Assembly (NCBI GenBank): GCA_043228905.1
Contig: JBHGNT010000018.1
Span: 16,058,001 to 16,122,000 of the forward strand
Source: Azolla caroliniana
Taxonomy: Eukaryota > Plantae > Polypodiophyta
Reading direction: 5' to 3'
Length of the DNA: 64,000 bases
In this document: in pieces, positions 39,110-53,200 of the stretch
Layout: each line of letters opens with the position of its first letter
Numbering within the stretch: position 1 is the first letter of the stretch
The notes under the pieces: model-generated
The model's input: the letters and a program-made list of their open reading frames with translations, nothing else
What the model was told of the DNA's origin: nothing
The model's database searches: none
Made by a program: the position numbers and the translations under genes

Positions 39110-40904
39110 GAAGGGTATATTAACATTAAGATCTTGATAAGTTTAACTTGTACCATGACACAAATGGAAGTAATAGAGAATGCTTACTATTGGTATCCTC
39201 ATGTTTTGTTTACTCTAACGTTGTGCATGTCCTTCTATATGCAACTCAACTTGCTAGCATGTTCTATATCACAGTTTGGAACAAAGAGTTGAACATAAGT
39301 AGTGATGACAAGTGAAGACCTGTTGGTCACCATTTTTTATTCGTACAACCTTCTATCTAGACATTGTGGTGAAAAATTAATGGAGACCATATGAAAATAG
39401 TAGTTCTAATGAACGTGATGGTTTTAATCCCATTCATGGCAATATGGAGAATGTTGAATGGCAACACTATGTGAGCTATCTTGATGGCATAACTAATCTA
39501 ATATTAGTGTTGTTTCATTGTTGACTAGGTTAACATACGACTAGAGAATTCTAAAGAATCATTGTACGATGCAAAATAAGGATTAGATTCAAAGCTTGGA
39601 AAATTAGTTCGCGCAAAAAGATCGAATGGTGAAGGTAGATATGGTGAAGTTGAAGGAGTTGATCAAAAGTGCACATGTTGTCCCTGAAGTGTCGAGTTAG
39701 TTTAGATCGCCAAGCAAACAAGTACAAAATCCCCTAATGTCTTTTCAAGAGTTCTAAACGTATTTGAAGAGGTTTAGGAGTTCTAAACGTATCTGAGGAT
39801 GTCGTGTTGCATATGGGGGATTGAAAGGAGTTGAATTTCCTCGATGCATTCAATAGAAGAATTTGGAAAAGTTGAAGTCGTCTTTTTTAGACCATGTGGA
39901 AAATCTTTTTCTCCCACTTCTACCACAAAGGGCAACATGACCCATGGGACCAAACAAATCATCACAAAGCAGTCTCCTTATGGACCGAAAAGAAACTCTA
40001 AAAAGACGAAATGAGACAACCTGAACTTCGTCATTTTCATCTTTTTCCATGAGAAGTGGCTGAGGGCTTATGAAATCACAGATTCACAACAAAGTTCTTG
40101 TCTTTACAATGAATTGTTGTTGAGAGGTAATGTGTGTGTGTGTGTGTGTGTGTCATTGGGCGATTGGTTCTTCGAGCACTTTGAGCATAACAAGTGTCAA
40201 GGTCTTCTTGTGGGCGGGATCCGACACCCGAGTCACAATCAATAATAATACATGGCCTACAAAAATAACACATTAAACAAAGAAGGAACCAAACCACACA
40301 TGTTGAATGATAACAAATTCCTTCTTTTCCATAACACACACACAAAAGAAGAAGGAAAATTTCCTTTTTCTTTCCATAACACACACACAAAAAGAAGAAG
40401 GAAAATTTCCTTCTTTTTTTCCATACATACACAAGGTAAAGGAAAAACTTTCTTCACAAGGAGCCAAAAAAGAAGCAACCAACAAAATGTGACACACAGA
40501 TTATTATTACAAAAAAGAGGGGGTGTTTAATTGATGATGTTGTGTATTAGGTACAAGCCAAAAAATCTGATTAAAATCAGAAAAGAAAAAAGAAGAAGAA
40601 GAAGAAGAAGAAGAAGGAAGGAAGGAAGGAAGAGAAACAATGGAATGATATCAATGAATATATCTTCTTGAGGCCAGGTGAGGTGTTCACATGGGGTGGG
40701 CGGATTGGCGGGCGGGCGGGCGGCATTAGTGGCCAGACACACGGCAAAAGCCCGATCTGCGGGATTTGAGGGATGGATTCGGGGAAAAGACTGATCCGGC
40801 AGCGGCGGCGGCGAAGAACCTACCACATTTTTAACCTAAACCTTTTTTTTTTTGTTTTTACCTACACAACCAAGCATATATGCCTAAGAGGTTTTTTGTA
40901 TGGG

Positions 40905-41380
40905 GATGGGATGGCTTGATTGATGGATGGATTGGCAGATGGATTGATTGATGGATTGATAGAAAAATTGATGAATTGATGGATGGATGAACTGATTGAC
41001 CGATCACAAACACTTTCGACGGATAGATTGATGGATGGATGGATGGATGAACTGATTGATCGATCACAAACACTTATGATATGACGGATGGATTGATTGA
41101 TGGACTGATTGATGGATGGATGGATGGATGGATGGATTAATTGATTGATTATGGATGGATGGATTGATTGATGGACTGATTGATGGATGGATGGATGGAT
41201 GGATGGATTAATTGATTGATTATGGATGGATGGATTGATGAACTGATTGATGGATGGATGGATGGATGGATTGATTGATGATGGGTGGATTGATGGACTC
41301 ATTGATTGATGGATGGATGGATTAATTGATCAACGATGGATGGATGGATGGATTGATTGATTGATAAGACATGATTGATC
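40905..41380. repeat. Compound (GGAT)n/(GATT)n array downstream of the elongase gene
   Basis: Directly visible, with ~63-bp higher-order blocks. Confidence 0.9.
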
Positions 41381-41551
41381 GGAACGCAGAAAAAACACTT
41401 CAAATTTTCTCGCAGGCGACGAATCTCTTCACAAAGACACATATGCAAACACGCAAGTGAGTGGGAGTGGGCGGGCGGTGTGCCGCAGCCCCCTAGCAGA
41501 TGGGCGTTTCTCCGCTGCCGCCATAGCCGCCGCCGCCGCAGCCGCAGCCCA

Positions 41552-42538
41552 TCACCGATCTATGACTTTGTCTTCCTCCTGTTCGGGGTGGACACTCCCC
41601 TCCTGCGTGGTGGTGGTGGTGGTGGGGGCGTGGCCTTCGCAGGAGGAGGAGGAGGAATGGTGGGGGCGGAGGAGGAGGGGAATGGCGGCGGAGGAGGCGT
41701 CGAGGAGGGCGGTGACGGCCCAGGAGAGCATGCCGTTGCAACCCTCGTGGCGGCGGAAGAAGTGGAGCCAGAGGAGGCCCGCCGAGGCGACGGCCAAGAA
41801 GGCGAGCTGAGCCAGCCTGAGGCGGCCAAGCAACCGCCTGGGGGCGGGCCTCCCGACGGCCGCCGCCACCAGAAGCTGCCAGTACACCACCACGTCCAGC
41901 GCCGTCTGCGCCAGGATGGCCGGGATCTGCAGGCTCTGCGAGAACTGGAGCGACAGGAAGGCGGTGATCACCAGCAGGCAGGGGCGAAGCACTAACCCTA
42001 ACAGCGAGGCGGAGGAGAAGCAGCCGCTCCTACTCCGCCGCCAGATGAGGAGCAGATTCTCCAGAAGGGCGTAGTACTTGGAGAGGTAGAAGGCGTAGGA
42101 CCAGAAGAAGACGCGGCCCGAAGGGCGGGTGCCTAAAGGGAAGCAGAGCATCCAGTCGATAGGGGTACGGCGGGAGCGTCGCCATAGCCAGCGGGTCTCT
42201 TCGATCTCCACCTGGGCGGCGGTGAGGAGGCCCAGGAAGATGCAGGAGGAGACGGCGAGCATGGAGAGGTTGTAGGAGGCCATGACGGCGTTGTAAGGGG
42301 TGGAGATGGAGGAGGATCCATGGCCATGGCCATGGCCATGGCGATGACCATCATTAGGAGTGGCGGCTGTTGCTGCTGCTGCGATGGCCCTAAGGATGGA
42401 CATGAGGAGGGCGTAGATGAGGAGGGCGGTGAGCATGGGAGGCCACCAGCCGCCCAGGACGTCGTAGTCCCAGCGGAAGCGCGCCACCGCCGAGTGATCC
42501 GCCGCCCAGTAGCGCAGCATCTGCGCGCCCCACGCCAT
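41552..42538 (-). CDS. GNS1/SUR4 (ELO) family membrane protein, HOS3-like, intronless, 328 aa
   Basis: WMLCFPLGTRPSGRVFFWSYAFYLSK, FLSLQFSQSLQI and GCNG motifs typical of plant ELO-like proteins. Multiple hydrophobic segments and GC-rich codon usage. Confidence 0.85.
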   Translation of the reverse strand: MAWGAQMLRYWAADHSAVARFRWDYDVLGGWWPPMLTALLIYALLMSILRAIAAAATAATPNDGHRHGHGHGHGSSSISTPYNAVMASYNLSMLAVSSCIFLGLLTAAQVEIEETRWLWRRSRRTPIDWMLCFPLGTRPSGRVFFWSYAFYLSKYYALLENLLLIWRRSRSGCFSSASLLGLVLRPCLLVITAFLSLQFSQSLQIPAILAQTALDVVVYWQLLVAAAVGRPAPRRLLGRLRLAQLAFLAVASAGLLWLHFFRRHEGCNGMLSWAVTALLDASSAAIPLLLRPHHSSSSSCEGHAPTTTTTTQEGSVHPEQEEDKVIDR

Positions 42539-43074
42539 GTCAGGCGGCGATGCCGAACCTCTCTGTCTCTCTCTGTCTCTCTGTCTCTCTGTGTGTATCT
42601 TTTCTCTGTCTCTCTGTGCGGCGATGGCGAAGCTCTGTGTTCTTCTCTGTCTCTGTGTGTTTCTCTTTCTCTGTGTCTGTGTCTGTGTGTTTCTCTCTCT
42701 TCTTTCTCTCTCTTCGCACTAACTCACTGTTTTTTACTTACACAGAAGAAGAAGAAGAAGAAGAAGAAGAAGACGAAGAAGAAAAATGAAGAAGGAAAAT
42801 GAAAGAAGAAGAAGAAGAAAGACGAAGGAAATAAGAACATAAGAAGAAGAAAGAAGATGGAGAAGGAGAAGGAGAAGGAGAAGTAATAAAGAAGAAGAAG
42901 AAGTAGAAGAAGAAAATAAGAAGAACAAGAAGTATTTGTTATTTATAAAAAAACTAAAGAAGTATGTATATAGATTTTGGGCCCTCTCTCTCTCTCTCTC
43001 TAGTGGTAAGTTGTTAACACTACAAGCATTGCGTTCTAGGTTCGAAACCCAACTTCCTCACCTCTCTATTACAT

Positions 43075-43113
<39 letters not shown>

Positions 43114-43180
43114 TGTCCCCCTCCCAATTGTCTCTTCAATCATCGGATCCGCACTTCCCATTGGGAACCTCGGTGTTACT

Positions 43181-43476
43181 CTTCGTTCTATACACTTCGT
43201 TGGCTCCATCAAGCTTCTCTTTGCTTCTTTGCTTCTTTTCTTTTCTTTTTCCTCGCGAAATCATGATGTCCAAGCCACTGCCACGCTCGTTCCGCCATCT
43301 AAATCCGGTAGCAAGATCGGGTGTTAGTCTTCGTTCTATACACCTCGTTGCTCCATCAAGCTTCTCTTTGCTCCTCTGCTTCTTTCTTTTCTTTTCTTTT
43401 CTTTTTCCCGGCGAAATCATGATGTCCAGCCGCCCGCCACGCTCGTTCCGCCATCCGAATCCGGTAGCGAGATCGG
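43181..43476. repeat. Imperfect ~150-bp tandem duplication
   Basis: CTTCGTTCTATACAC...GCGAAATCATGATGTCCA...CCGGTAGC(A/G)AGATCGG occurs twice. Confidence 0.8.
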
Positions 43477-44407
43477 ATGCCTCAATCCTAATCCCCCATG
43501 TAGCTTTTGTTATTATTGCTCAAGGAATTTTAAGCAGTGTTTAGATTGCACCTATCTCATCAGATGCACGCGAATAATCAAAGATGGGGGGGGGGGGGGG
43601 GCGCATACGATCGACCCTATAGAAACTTGCTCGGATATCCGTTAGAAAACCGCATTTAGCTCGAATACAATGGTAACTAGATATTTCTTAGGTTACTCGT
43701 GTGCTTTAGATTTATGCAACTTACTATTTACTGGCCCGCTTGACATGTAGTTGATTTCGTACATGTCGATGTAAATTGGCACCAAACAATGAAGTAGGTG
43801 TGTCAAGGAATTGATGCAAAAGGTGGTGGTGTTGCTACAGTTTGTAAGCTTGTGTATAAAAGGCAACTTTAAATGAGCAAACCAAGCGTAGCTCTTTCAG
43901 TTGTTGTTTGTTGCATCTATGCTTGCTCACTTTGTAGCACACGAATATAAATCTCTATTATATATCATTTCTCTAGTGTAATTGCACGCAAACCCTCTCT
44001 AATGCAATGTTCTCTATTACATCAATTGTTATCCATCTAATTTTTGCTCTTATATTGCGCATGCCCTTCCTACACATAGTTAAACATGGTATCCTAACTA
44101 TTGGGTTCATGTATACATATATGACACCAAAGGAAACATGGAAGGAAGGTAGAGTCAACACATGAAGCCTTGGTTGCAAAGAATATGATGGTCACAATCC
44201 CTCCCAATACAACATGCATGCGAGCATGAAGTGTGAAGCATCTATCAAACATCTCATATCCCAAGCTTAAGGTTTATGGATGCACAAGCTTCATGAAGAG
44301 TTAGGAGAAAACCTGAAGATGTTAATGGGGTATAAAGGAAATATCTATAAACCCTTAAACCTTATGAAATGTGAAAGGGACTAAAAGGGGAGTTAAGCCC
44401 ATGAGCT

Positions 44408-44640
44408 CTAAAGTATAGAGATGAATTGTAGCACTCTATTGATGATGATTTCATCTAGAAGTCCACGATGTCCAAATACTTTGCACACATAATCAACATT
44501 GTTGGCATAGGGTTTACTATTGATAGTCCTCATGCATAGTAGAAAGTGGATCATGGTAGTAAACCAATCCATTATAGTGAGAATGGCATTAAAACCTTTA
44601 GAAGGTGGGAGATTGGTAATGAAATTCAACGAGATAGAAT
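44408..44640 (-). pseudogene. Ty3/gypsy integrase fragment
   Basis: MNFITNLPPSKGFNAILTIMDWFTTMIHFL...VFGHRGLLDEIIINRVLQFIS matches the gypsy integrase core MDFITxLP...VDRFTKMAHF...HGLPxxIISDRGxQF. Confidence 0.8.
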
Positions 44641-46284
44641 TAGAAAGGTTTGTAGCAACTATACATTTGATGTTGAGGACTCTTTGAACAATGTCATGAT
44701 GTGCCAGGTGTGGCGAAAGAAAATGTCATAATGTCACGTTTTAACGATAGGTTAAGATTTTGGTTGGAGTGGTCAATGAAAGAAACACAGAGGAGAATAA
44801 TAATAAATGGTAAAAGCTAAAACCTTGAACAATAAGGTCAAGGTTTGGAAACCCGTCAAGGGTGATAGAGGGGAAAAGGTAAGCTACAATGTGCAAGTTG
44901 ACCTTAATGAAATATGTTGTATGTATGAACACATCAAGGAATAGTTGCTGACATCATTTGCCCATGTGAGGATTGTCAAGCCATGTGAGTGTGGCACCTT
45001 TATACAAGAAAAAAAGTGAACTCTAGTTTCAGAAAAGGGGAAGAAATGGAAATGCCGCCTTGCGGTGGGTTTCTTTTTTCCTTCTTTCCTATTGCGGGTG
45101 AGAGGTGTTTCTTTTCTTTTCTTCTTCCTTGAGGTATGTGAGGGGATTTTTCTTGTTCTTCTTCCCTCTTGTGTGTGAGAGGGTTTTTCTTCTTCTTACT
45201 AGTTGCATGTGAGAGGTTTTCCTCTCTTTCTTCTTTTTCTTTGTTTTGTGGGAGAGTGTGAGGTTGAGACATAGAAATTTACGTAGATAAGCTAGATTAT
45301 TGGGAGTACCTAGTTATTGAACACCAGAGTACACTCAAACTTCCCAAAATGGGAGGTCCCTTTTTCAAGAAGATGTGCTTTATTAAATACCCCTTTGAGG
45401 AATGAGGAATAGGAATTGCTTCATGATTGAAACGATTCCTCTTATTTTATCTTTATATTATGTAAAGCATAGTACGTAAAATTCGTGTTCATCTACCATA
45501 ACATTCGTTTTCATACGTTGGAAAAGGAATGCGAATGTTATTCAAACATTCATGTTTTTTAAAAAGAAAGTCTTTTTTTAGTTTTTTCCCCTCTTTTTTA
45601 TCCCTTTTCCTCTACAAATCAACGCGACGACGCTGAGCTCCTCTCCTCTCCCATCCAACCTTGAACGATCTGTTGCTTGAGCCTTGCATAGTGCACACTA
45701 GTGACTGCACATCTTCTCCCAACATTAATTTCTACATAAAAACGAGATACCAAGTTGCCCTCCTCTCCCATTCAAGTATGTTTCGGGTTAATAATAGGGT
45801 TTAGGGTTTAAAAGTTTAAACTTTAGGACCTAGATCATAGTATCTAGTACATAAATTTTTGTAATTTCTTTGTAATTTTTGTAATTTCTTTTTAATCTTT
45901 GTAATTTCTTTGTAATTTTTGTAATTTCTCTATAATTTCTATAATCTTTTTGTAATTGCTCTATAATTTCTGTAATTTTTCTATAAAGTTTGTAATTTCT
46001 ATAATCTTTTCTATAGTTTCCGTAATTTCTATAATTTTGAAGTAATTCATGTAATTTCTATATGCACATATTGTTACTAGAATTTACGGAAAAAGGCATA
46101 TTGTTATTAAGAAGGAAATGTGTTCTTTGCAATTTTCTTAACTTTTTTACTTTGAAAAAAATATTTACCTTATAGTAAATAGTTAATCCAAAAGTGTGGT
46201 ATTTACCATTCTTCGAGGGTGTTTACCATACTCTAATGATTGAAACATTCTCGAATGCGAATGCACATATGGTCTCATACTATG

Positions 46285-46990
46285 ATGTGAACGGTTCTTT
46301 ATTTAATACTGTCGTAACACTCTCCCGCCACTTAAGAGAGTTTCAACCACGAAACTAAGGTAACATTTGGCTAAAATAGATCGGGTTGATTTATTGGTGC
46401 CATTAGCCATTCAAACCTTGCTTGAAGCAATGCTTCTTCCGTCATCCATGAAGCTTCCACTATTGATCGTCCCTACCACTTGACCAAAAAACGACTTTTC
46501 CTTGTCGAACTTGCTTCTTCAAAATCGCCTCTAGCTCATAAGCCATGTTATTGTGCTCATTTTGGCCCCATGTTGCTTGCAATTTTTGATGTCATTAGCA
46601 ATTGAAGTTTGTAAGACATGTTATTGATCTTCTTTGCGACGACGTATGAACCATAGAACTTGTGATTGAATTTTGGTATTAATCTATCAGGCAACATCCA
46701 GCTTGATGCACTTACAAGTACGAGATCTCCTGGAAAAGATTCCACGTGTTCTCGTTTTTTGTTGATGCGGGTGACCATCTGTGTCTTTATTTTGTTGAGG
46801 ATGACCTTTGTTGCTTCCATTGTTTGCTTCCATGTTTCCAAGAACTTGTCGATATCCATCTCTCTTGCATGCCTCATCTCTTTGTGTTGAATTAGACTCT
46901 TTGGCGTAAGTACTTCTTTCCCCATCTCTATTTCGAAGGGACAGAAACCAATGTTTGAATGAACTTCTCAACATGATCCACCTAATCTGT
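46285..46990 (-). mobile_element. Chromovirus-type gypsy 3' end: integrase GPY/F region, chromodomain remnant, PPT and start of the 3' LTR at 46319
   Basis: KFNHKFYGSYVVAKKINNMSYKLQL, then FLVKW*GRSIVEASW, then purine tract AAGTGGCGGGAGAG followed by TGTTAC. Confidence 0.7.
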
Positions 46991-47376
46991 TTGATCGGCC
47001 TGGATGTTGTCGCAGAAATCCACGGGTACGTGTAGGATCCAGGGAAAGACCATCGGGGTCTTGGATCAAGGAGTCGGTAAGAGGGAATGAGAAAGGGAGA
47101 AGGAAGGATGTCCAGGTCAGATTCTAGACAACTTTGTCAGATTGTCTCCCAGACACGTTTCCGATTCGGATCAATTCCGGGATGCCGGACGGCGAGCACA
47201 CGGGCTCAATGACGAATATTGTACTGATTTCGGGTAGCAATCGATGGGCTCACCGGTTCACACACCCGGATGTGTACACACAATCATAAATAGAACAGAG
47301 AGGACTTGGGGATGCCGGACACAAAGAGAGACTTAGTGAATACTAACGATTAACAGAGGAAAACAGGGAAAGAATA

Positions 47377-47557
47377 TGTTGAGAATCAAACTCAACATCT
47401 AGTGAGTGGGAACACACTCTAGGATACTCCAGTGTGTGAACACCCCACCTCTTTGTATAGTAACTAGTGTGTCATAGAAGTTTATGTTCTATGACACATG
47501 TTCTTTAGGTAGTTAAGACACGACCTCTTTCCAAAGGTGAGGTACTAGTAAGAGAAC
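47377..47557 (+). mobile_element. Partial LTR (family of the 14732 solo LTR) interrupted by another LTR
   Basis: Starts TGTTGAGAATCAAACTCAAC and shares the GTGTCATAGAA..TTCTATGACACAT hairpin with 14732-15181. Confidence 0.7.
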
Positions 47558-49190
47558 TGTTGAGCGGACAAGCTCAAACGGAACCGGATCGACTGAATAA
47601 GCTAGACCTAGATAGGTATCCGGAACGGAGAACCGGATGGGTATCCGGAACCAGGAGCCGGATCGGATTGTAACCGGTAAGCCGTTAGGGGCCTACGAAT
47701 CTAGCCTAGTACGTAGACATATTTTTAGGAGTCAATGTCAGTCGCTTGTATGAGCATTGAAGTACATGTTAGTACTTCTGTTAGTCCGTGTTAAGGACTT
47801 GTATAAAAGTGCTCACTGAGCATATTGTATGTATAGAGTGTTATTATTTGGAATTGAGTTCCTTGCTCTGCTCTCTGTCTCTGTGATTCAAGCTTCCATT
47901 AAACCTTGTCTCTGTTTTTTGTTGCTATCTAGATAAACCGGTTTGTCAAAGCTTCCACATATTAACTTTGACATGGTATCAAAGCGTGAGGGTTGAGAAC
48001 CTCTGCAACCGACAAGCGTTTATTTCTGAAGACAAACCCTAACACTCAGTAGAGAATAGAAATCGAAGGTTAAAATGGACAGAGGAATGGCTAGCTCGCT
48101 TCCAACGGAGAAGCTCGATAGATCCAACTCCGCACCATGGTCGTACAAGATGCATCAATACCTACTCCGGCACGGTTACTGGAGTTATGTCGACGGAGCT
48201 AATGATACGGAACCTGATGCGGCAAACAGAGTTATGTACTGCTTTGCATCCAGTGTTGGAGATTAGTTGCTGAGCCATATCCGGGATGCCAAGATGCCGA
48301 AGGAAGCTTGGGGAAACCTGAAGAAGGTCTTCGCCGCAAGCACTACGGAGACAGGACTTGAGCAATGTTCGAGAGAAGGACATGTCGGTGGTCGACTATA
48401 CAGCCCGGATCAAAGATAGTTGCGACTCACTTGCTTCTATCAGTGTAATCGTCGAGGAAGATGAGATGGTGCAGGTTTGTGTCGGGGGCCTAGCGTCAAA
48501 GTTCGGAGATTTCCGGACGACAGTCTGTACAAGGGAGAATACGCCCTCATTTTTCGACTTACAGACGATCCTCCTAGTGGAGGAGAACCACGCTGGTGCG
48601 TCAATGAGTACGCACACCGACAATAGGATGTTATATACGGAGGCGGATCGGCCCTATGGTCGTGGTGGATCGGCACACGGTGGAAGCGACCGACAAGAGA
48701 AGAATTGGAGGCACGAGGATGGTGCCGACAACAGTTCTACACCCTCCACAAGTAGGGGGAGTCAAGGCAGCACCAGAAACCGACAAGAGAAGACCGCAAC
48801 AGAATGTTGGTACTGTGGCCGGAAGGGCCATAGAGAGAGCGAGTGCTGGAAGAAGCGCACCGATTCAGACAAAACCAGATCCGGCAAGGTCGGATAAGGG
48901 AACTGACAAAGCTTGCACTATGCTGAAGGATCGGAAGGATCCGGAACCGGTAAGATCGGAGAAGGGCCAACCTTTGTGATGAAGAAGACCACTTCTGGTT
49001 CAGAGGAAGTGTGGTACGTTGACTCTGGAGCATCAAACCACATGACGAGGCATGAAGAGTGGTTCTCGTTTTTTGGAAAAGCCGGAGCAACCGGGGGTTG
49101 TAGAAACCGGAGACGACACTCCTCACCCGATTGTGCATGTCGGAGAAGTTCCCCTGAGTCATGTCGGACAACAAGGAAGCTAACACGTTC
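47558..49190 (+). mobile_element. Truncated copia of a second family: LTR 47558-47973, PBS 47974-47985, gag from 48075, protease, then truncated
   Basis: MASSLPTEKLDRSN..WSYKMHQYL, CWYCGRKGHRESEC and WYVDSGASNHMT. Same family as 56188-64000. Confidence 0.85.
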
Positions 49191-50289
49191 GTGTTCATAA
49201 GTGGAAGGATCGCGCATTCCACTTGTAGATTCCTTTTGTAAATATCCAAATATACCCTCTCTACAGAAATTGGATGCAGTAGTATCACATGTTCCACAAC
49301 CTGATTAGAATTTGCAAAATTAATAAAACATGATAGGTCTCTGAGTGGAGAATGCCATGTGAAATGTATTTAAGTTTGGAATTGTTGACATGATAATGCA
49401 ATTATAGTAAAGTTCAACAATGGCTCAATATCACACTTTTGTGTGACATGGCAAACACTCAGATGAAGACTTATATTTGTTTAGTAAGTTAGCCAAAAAA
49501 TATGAGGTGTAATTGTATCCATGTTAATAAAATGAGTTATAATTTTTAGTTTGACCCATACTCGTATGTATATAATTGTTTGCAATGCGATTATAGTGAA
49601 CCTTAGGATAATGTGATTGAAATAACAAACTTATTAAGGCTTTCAATACTTGTGTTTAAAGTTGATGCAATCTAATCCTTAGGTGATTCTTATGGGATCG
49701 AACTCTGAAGGATAACGCTAGTTAAACTACAAGCGTATGAAACATGTGGATTTTGATAAGAGGTGTACTCCAAGGTTGTGCAACTAATGGGACAGTGTGA
49801 CATCGACCATTATCAACACACTACCCAATGTAAGCAGCAATGGAAGACAAACAAACATAATAGTTTGATAATTATGAACACACTACACATTCTAAGCAGT
49901 AATAGAAGACAAAGAACCATAACATATGGACAATTATATATTAGACACAGTTTGAAAGTCTTGACAACTGATCTCAATTAACACATGGACAATCTTGATG
50001 ACCATTCGAAGGGGATAACATGTTTAGGTATGGTTTGACGTGGAAAATTGTCACAATCAATGAGTCATGTATATTGATTCTAGAAATCAGCCTTAAGATT
50101 AACTAATTCATGTTTCTCCATATTAGAGACAACAATAGATGCCCGAAATTAGGCTTAAGGTTAAGTAAATCATGTTTCTCCACATTAGAGTCAACAACAT
50201 ATGCGCAAAATCAAGCTTAAGGTTAAGTAAAGTTCCCTTACACAATAATTGAATGACATTCATTGAGTGTTAATTTTCCAAAGCTATAA

Positions 50290-53200
50290 GTCAACAAACC
50301 AAGTATATAGGAATATAATTGAAACATCATCAACGTCATTATCCTCTTCGTCCCTTAGAGAAGTCTCATAAGCTATTTGTTCATTGTCTTCCCCTGTTAG
50401 CCGAGCAACCATAAGATCTTCTATAAGCTCGACATCAAGCTCAATTAGTTCCCCCGGTTCCCCAACTAACGGAGGAATATGCTCTCGGGAAGACGGTTGA
50501 AACCTTTCTGTATCAGTGATGTGCTTAGCACCGACCTCCTTGTCCTAGTCGGGGCATTCCCACAAGGCCTTAATCCTCATATTTATAAATATAACCTAGT
50601 CCTCATCCTTCTCCAATGCTACAGTATTTCTGAAGAGCTTCAATGTGCATGTAGACTTTGTCCTTGTAAAGAAAGGGGCAAGAAGACTTAATTATGGAAC
50701 CATAAGAATCAGTTTTGATTATTTCAACAACGTAAACCCAGTTCGAAGAATACCGGTGCTAGAAAATAGGTCTAATATCCAATCTCCTTCTATCAAGAAC
50801 ATTTTGATCAAGCGCATCATAAGTCGTTGAGGTTTTTGATATGGGTTTGACAAGTCCCCGTTCTGTTGTGGTGACATGTCGCAATTTCCGTGTGACTACT
50901 GGATATACTAGCAGGTTTGAACCTTCAAATTCATTAGAATTCTCCTTGATTCTTTGTTTCTTTATTTCGTCGAAGTAGCCAACCATAATGTACTCAATTG
51001 CATTTACAAACTGAAAGGTTGGTCCTCTATTAACATTGGTTTTTATCCTATAACAAATATTGGGTGAGTTAAGAATAGATTCAATAAATTAGGAACAAAA
51101 GTATGGTGAATGAGACTTATAAATAATCCTTACCAAGCAAGGTTCTCGATGTCATGGCAACGAGCTCTCAACACTTGACCTAATAAGTACTCTTGGTCCA
51201 TACTATGAAACACAACTATCCTCCACAAGGATGCAGTCGTCAGCTCAACAAAATCCTTAAGCGTTTTTTTAATTGTTTGAACTTGAAAGGTTCATCGTCG
51301 TATGATGATCCAACCATTCGAAATCCATAAGGAATATCTGCAATCAATAGTGTATAGTCTTTGTTTGGCACTTTTTGGATCATCTCTATGACATCACCAC
51401 ATATCACATTATAGTAGAGATCGTTTGTATTGTCTTTCTTGTGGATAATTTTTTTGATGGAGCCATCCTCTTTAATTTCATATGCCTTGACTAAATGACG
51501 ATCTTGTTCTTTTCTACCTCTCTCGAGATGTGCAAGAAAGGAATTTGGAAAGTCGTGTATATCCTTGACTTCTCCTAGTTTTTTGCCACGACACGGTTTC
51601 TAATAGAGACAATAAGGCATCGAGTATTAATACACAAGATCTACATATTAAGAAAACATTATTATAAAGACGAATACTAACCCAATCCTTGAATGCAATA
51701 AAATACTTAGATAAGGCCTTATATGAAGACGTCAAAGGGTAATTCTCAGTCACTTGTTCCCAAGCTATACATCCACGTTGTTTCATCATAATTTCTTGGA
51801 TCTTCATATATACCTTATGATTGTGAAATCACCAATAGAGATTAGAACTTTATATAAAACCATATCTGTTTCATTTAACTATTTGAGAAGAGTTGTTGAA
51901 CTTAGTGACCATCTCTTCGAGGCTCATTTCTTTGGCCACAACCCTTGACAACACAGACACCGAAAGCTGCTCATCGTTAATGCCTTGCATTGCTCTCCTC
52001 AGAGATAGCTTCATGTCATCATCCGCTTCTTCAATTGTAATTTGTCAGGTCGATTTTCTTCGTCGTTTGTGATTTCAGTTCGAGTTGGGGGTCTACTTTA
52101 CATTTCTTTTGATGTTGACCCTTGACCTCCTTATTCTCCCACATTGAAAAAAATTGATCTTGAAGGTCTTCGACGTCCCTATCTCTAAAGGCTAGTTGAA
52201 ACCATGACTCGTACTTGCGAAGACCATCTGACTTAACATTATCGTCAACAACAATACTGACCTCATGAACACATTGACGTCGTAGTCCGGGGTGTAGCTT
52301 TACACCGAACTTTTGTTTGACGTCCAAGTACTCATGGTGGAAGAACCTTTTCCGCTCGATGGATGACATTTTCTGCCAGTAGTCATTATCATTGTTGTGG
52401 TCCCATGCCAAGAGTTTTGTCTCTTCAGTTGTGAGGCCCACGCATATTTTGCACTCGGCTTACTTGACGAAGAAAGTGGTTGGCTTATCTCTTACAAGTT
52501 CCCGTCGTGCTTCAGCCGAATGTGATCCACCAATTACAAAGTAATTGCATTGATCGTGCTTTCTCACATCAAAACACTCAATTGTGGAACAATAGTCAAG
52601 ATCCACCATTACGATAAAGGGCACAACTGTCGCATGTGGATTTATTTTCATTTTCTTCTTCAGATTTTGAACATGCATTCGATGTGGCTCTCTAATCTCA
52701 AGTGTTCTTCGTCCTGTATTAACATCTACTGGTGGCCTATGAATGTTTGTTATAGGCAAATTGAAGAATTCACCATTTCTCACTAGTTTCTTTTGCATTA
52801 ACTATCTTCGAATCTTATTTTGCTTCACAGACAAAAGACCGGATGCTAGTTCAGCACCTGGCATCACCTGAGTTTCCTCATCATCACGTGAGCTTGACGA
52901 TTCGGAGTCTGACATCTTTGTCATCTTTTTCTTTGCTAGTCTCAATTGCACCTTTGAGACCTCTTTTGGGGCCTTCACTAGGGACGAGGCATCCCTTAGA
53001 GTTATGTGGCCTTGTATATATGGTCTTAATGTTATTATCAGATTTTGTGAAGTCTCGATGGCGAGTTTAAAAGATTCGGGACCACAAGAATCCTTAACAA
53101 GCCGATCTTCAGAGAGGAACATTTTACGGACTCCCATCGAGCAGTCCAACATTACAATAAGATTGAGGGATTCATGGTCTTCGTCGTCATGGCGTAAGAT

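Noticed and set aside
39540-40250. Possible LTR/gag remnant on the minus strand
   Set aside because: No clear termini, PBS or protein motif.
40858-41302. ORFs with SIHP repeats
   Set aside because: These are translations of the GGAT/GATT microsatellite.
41375-42802. Plus-strand ORFs of 206 and 160 aa
   Set aside because: Antisense shadows of the GC-rich elongase gene and adjacent simple repeats.
42999-43051. tRNA-like A/B boxes (TAGTGGTAAG...GGTTCGAAACCC)
   Set aside because: No acceptor stem or cloverleaf, and flanked by CT repeats. At most a SINE-like relic, not a tRNA gene.
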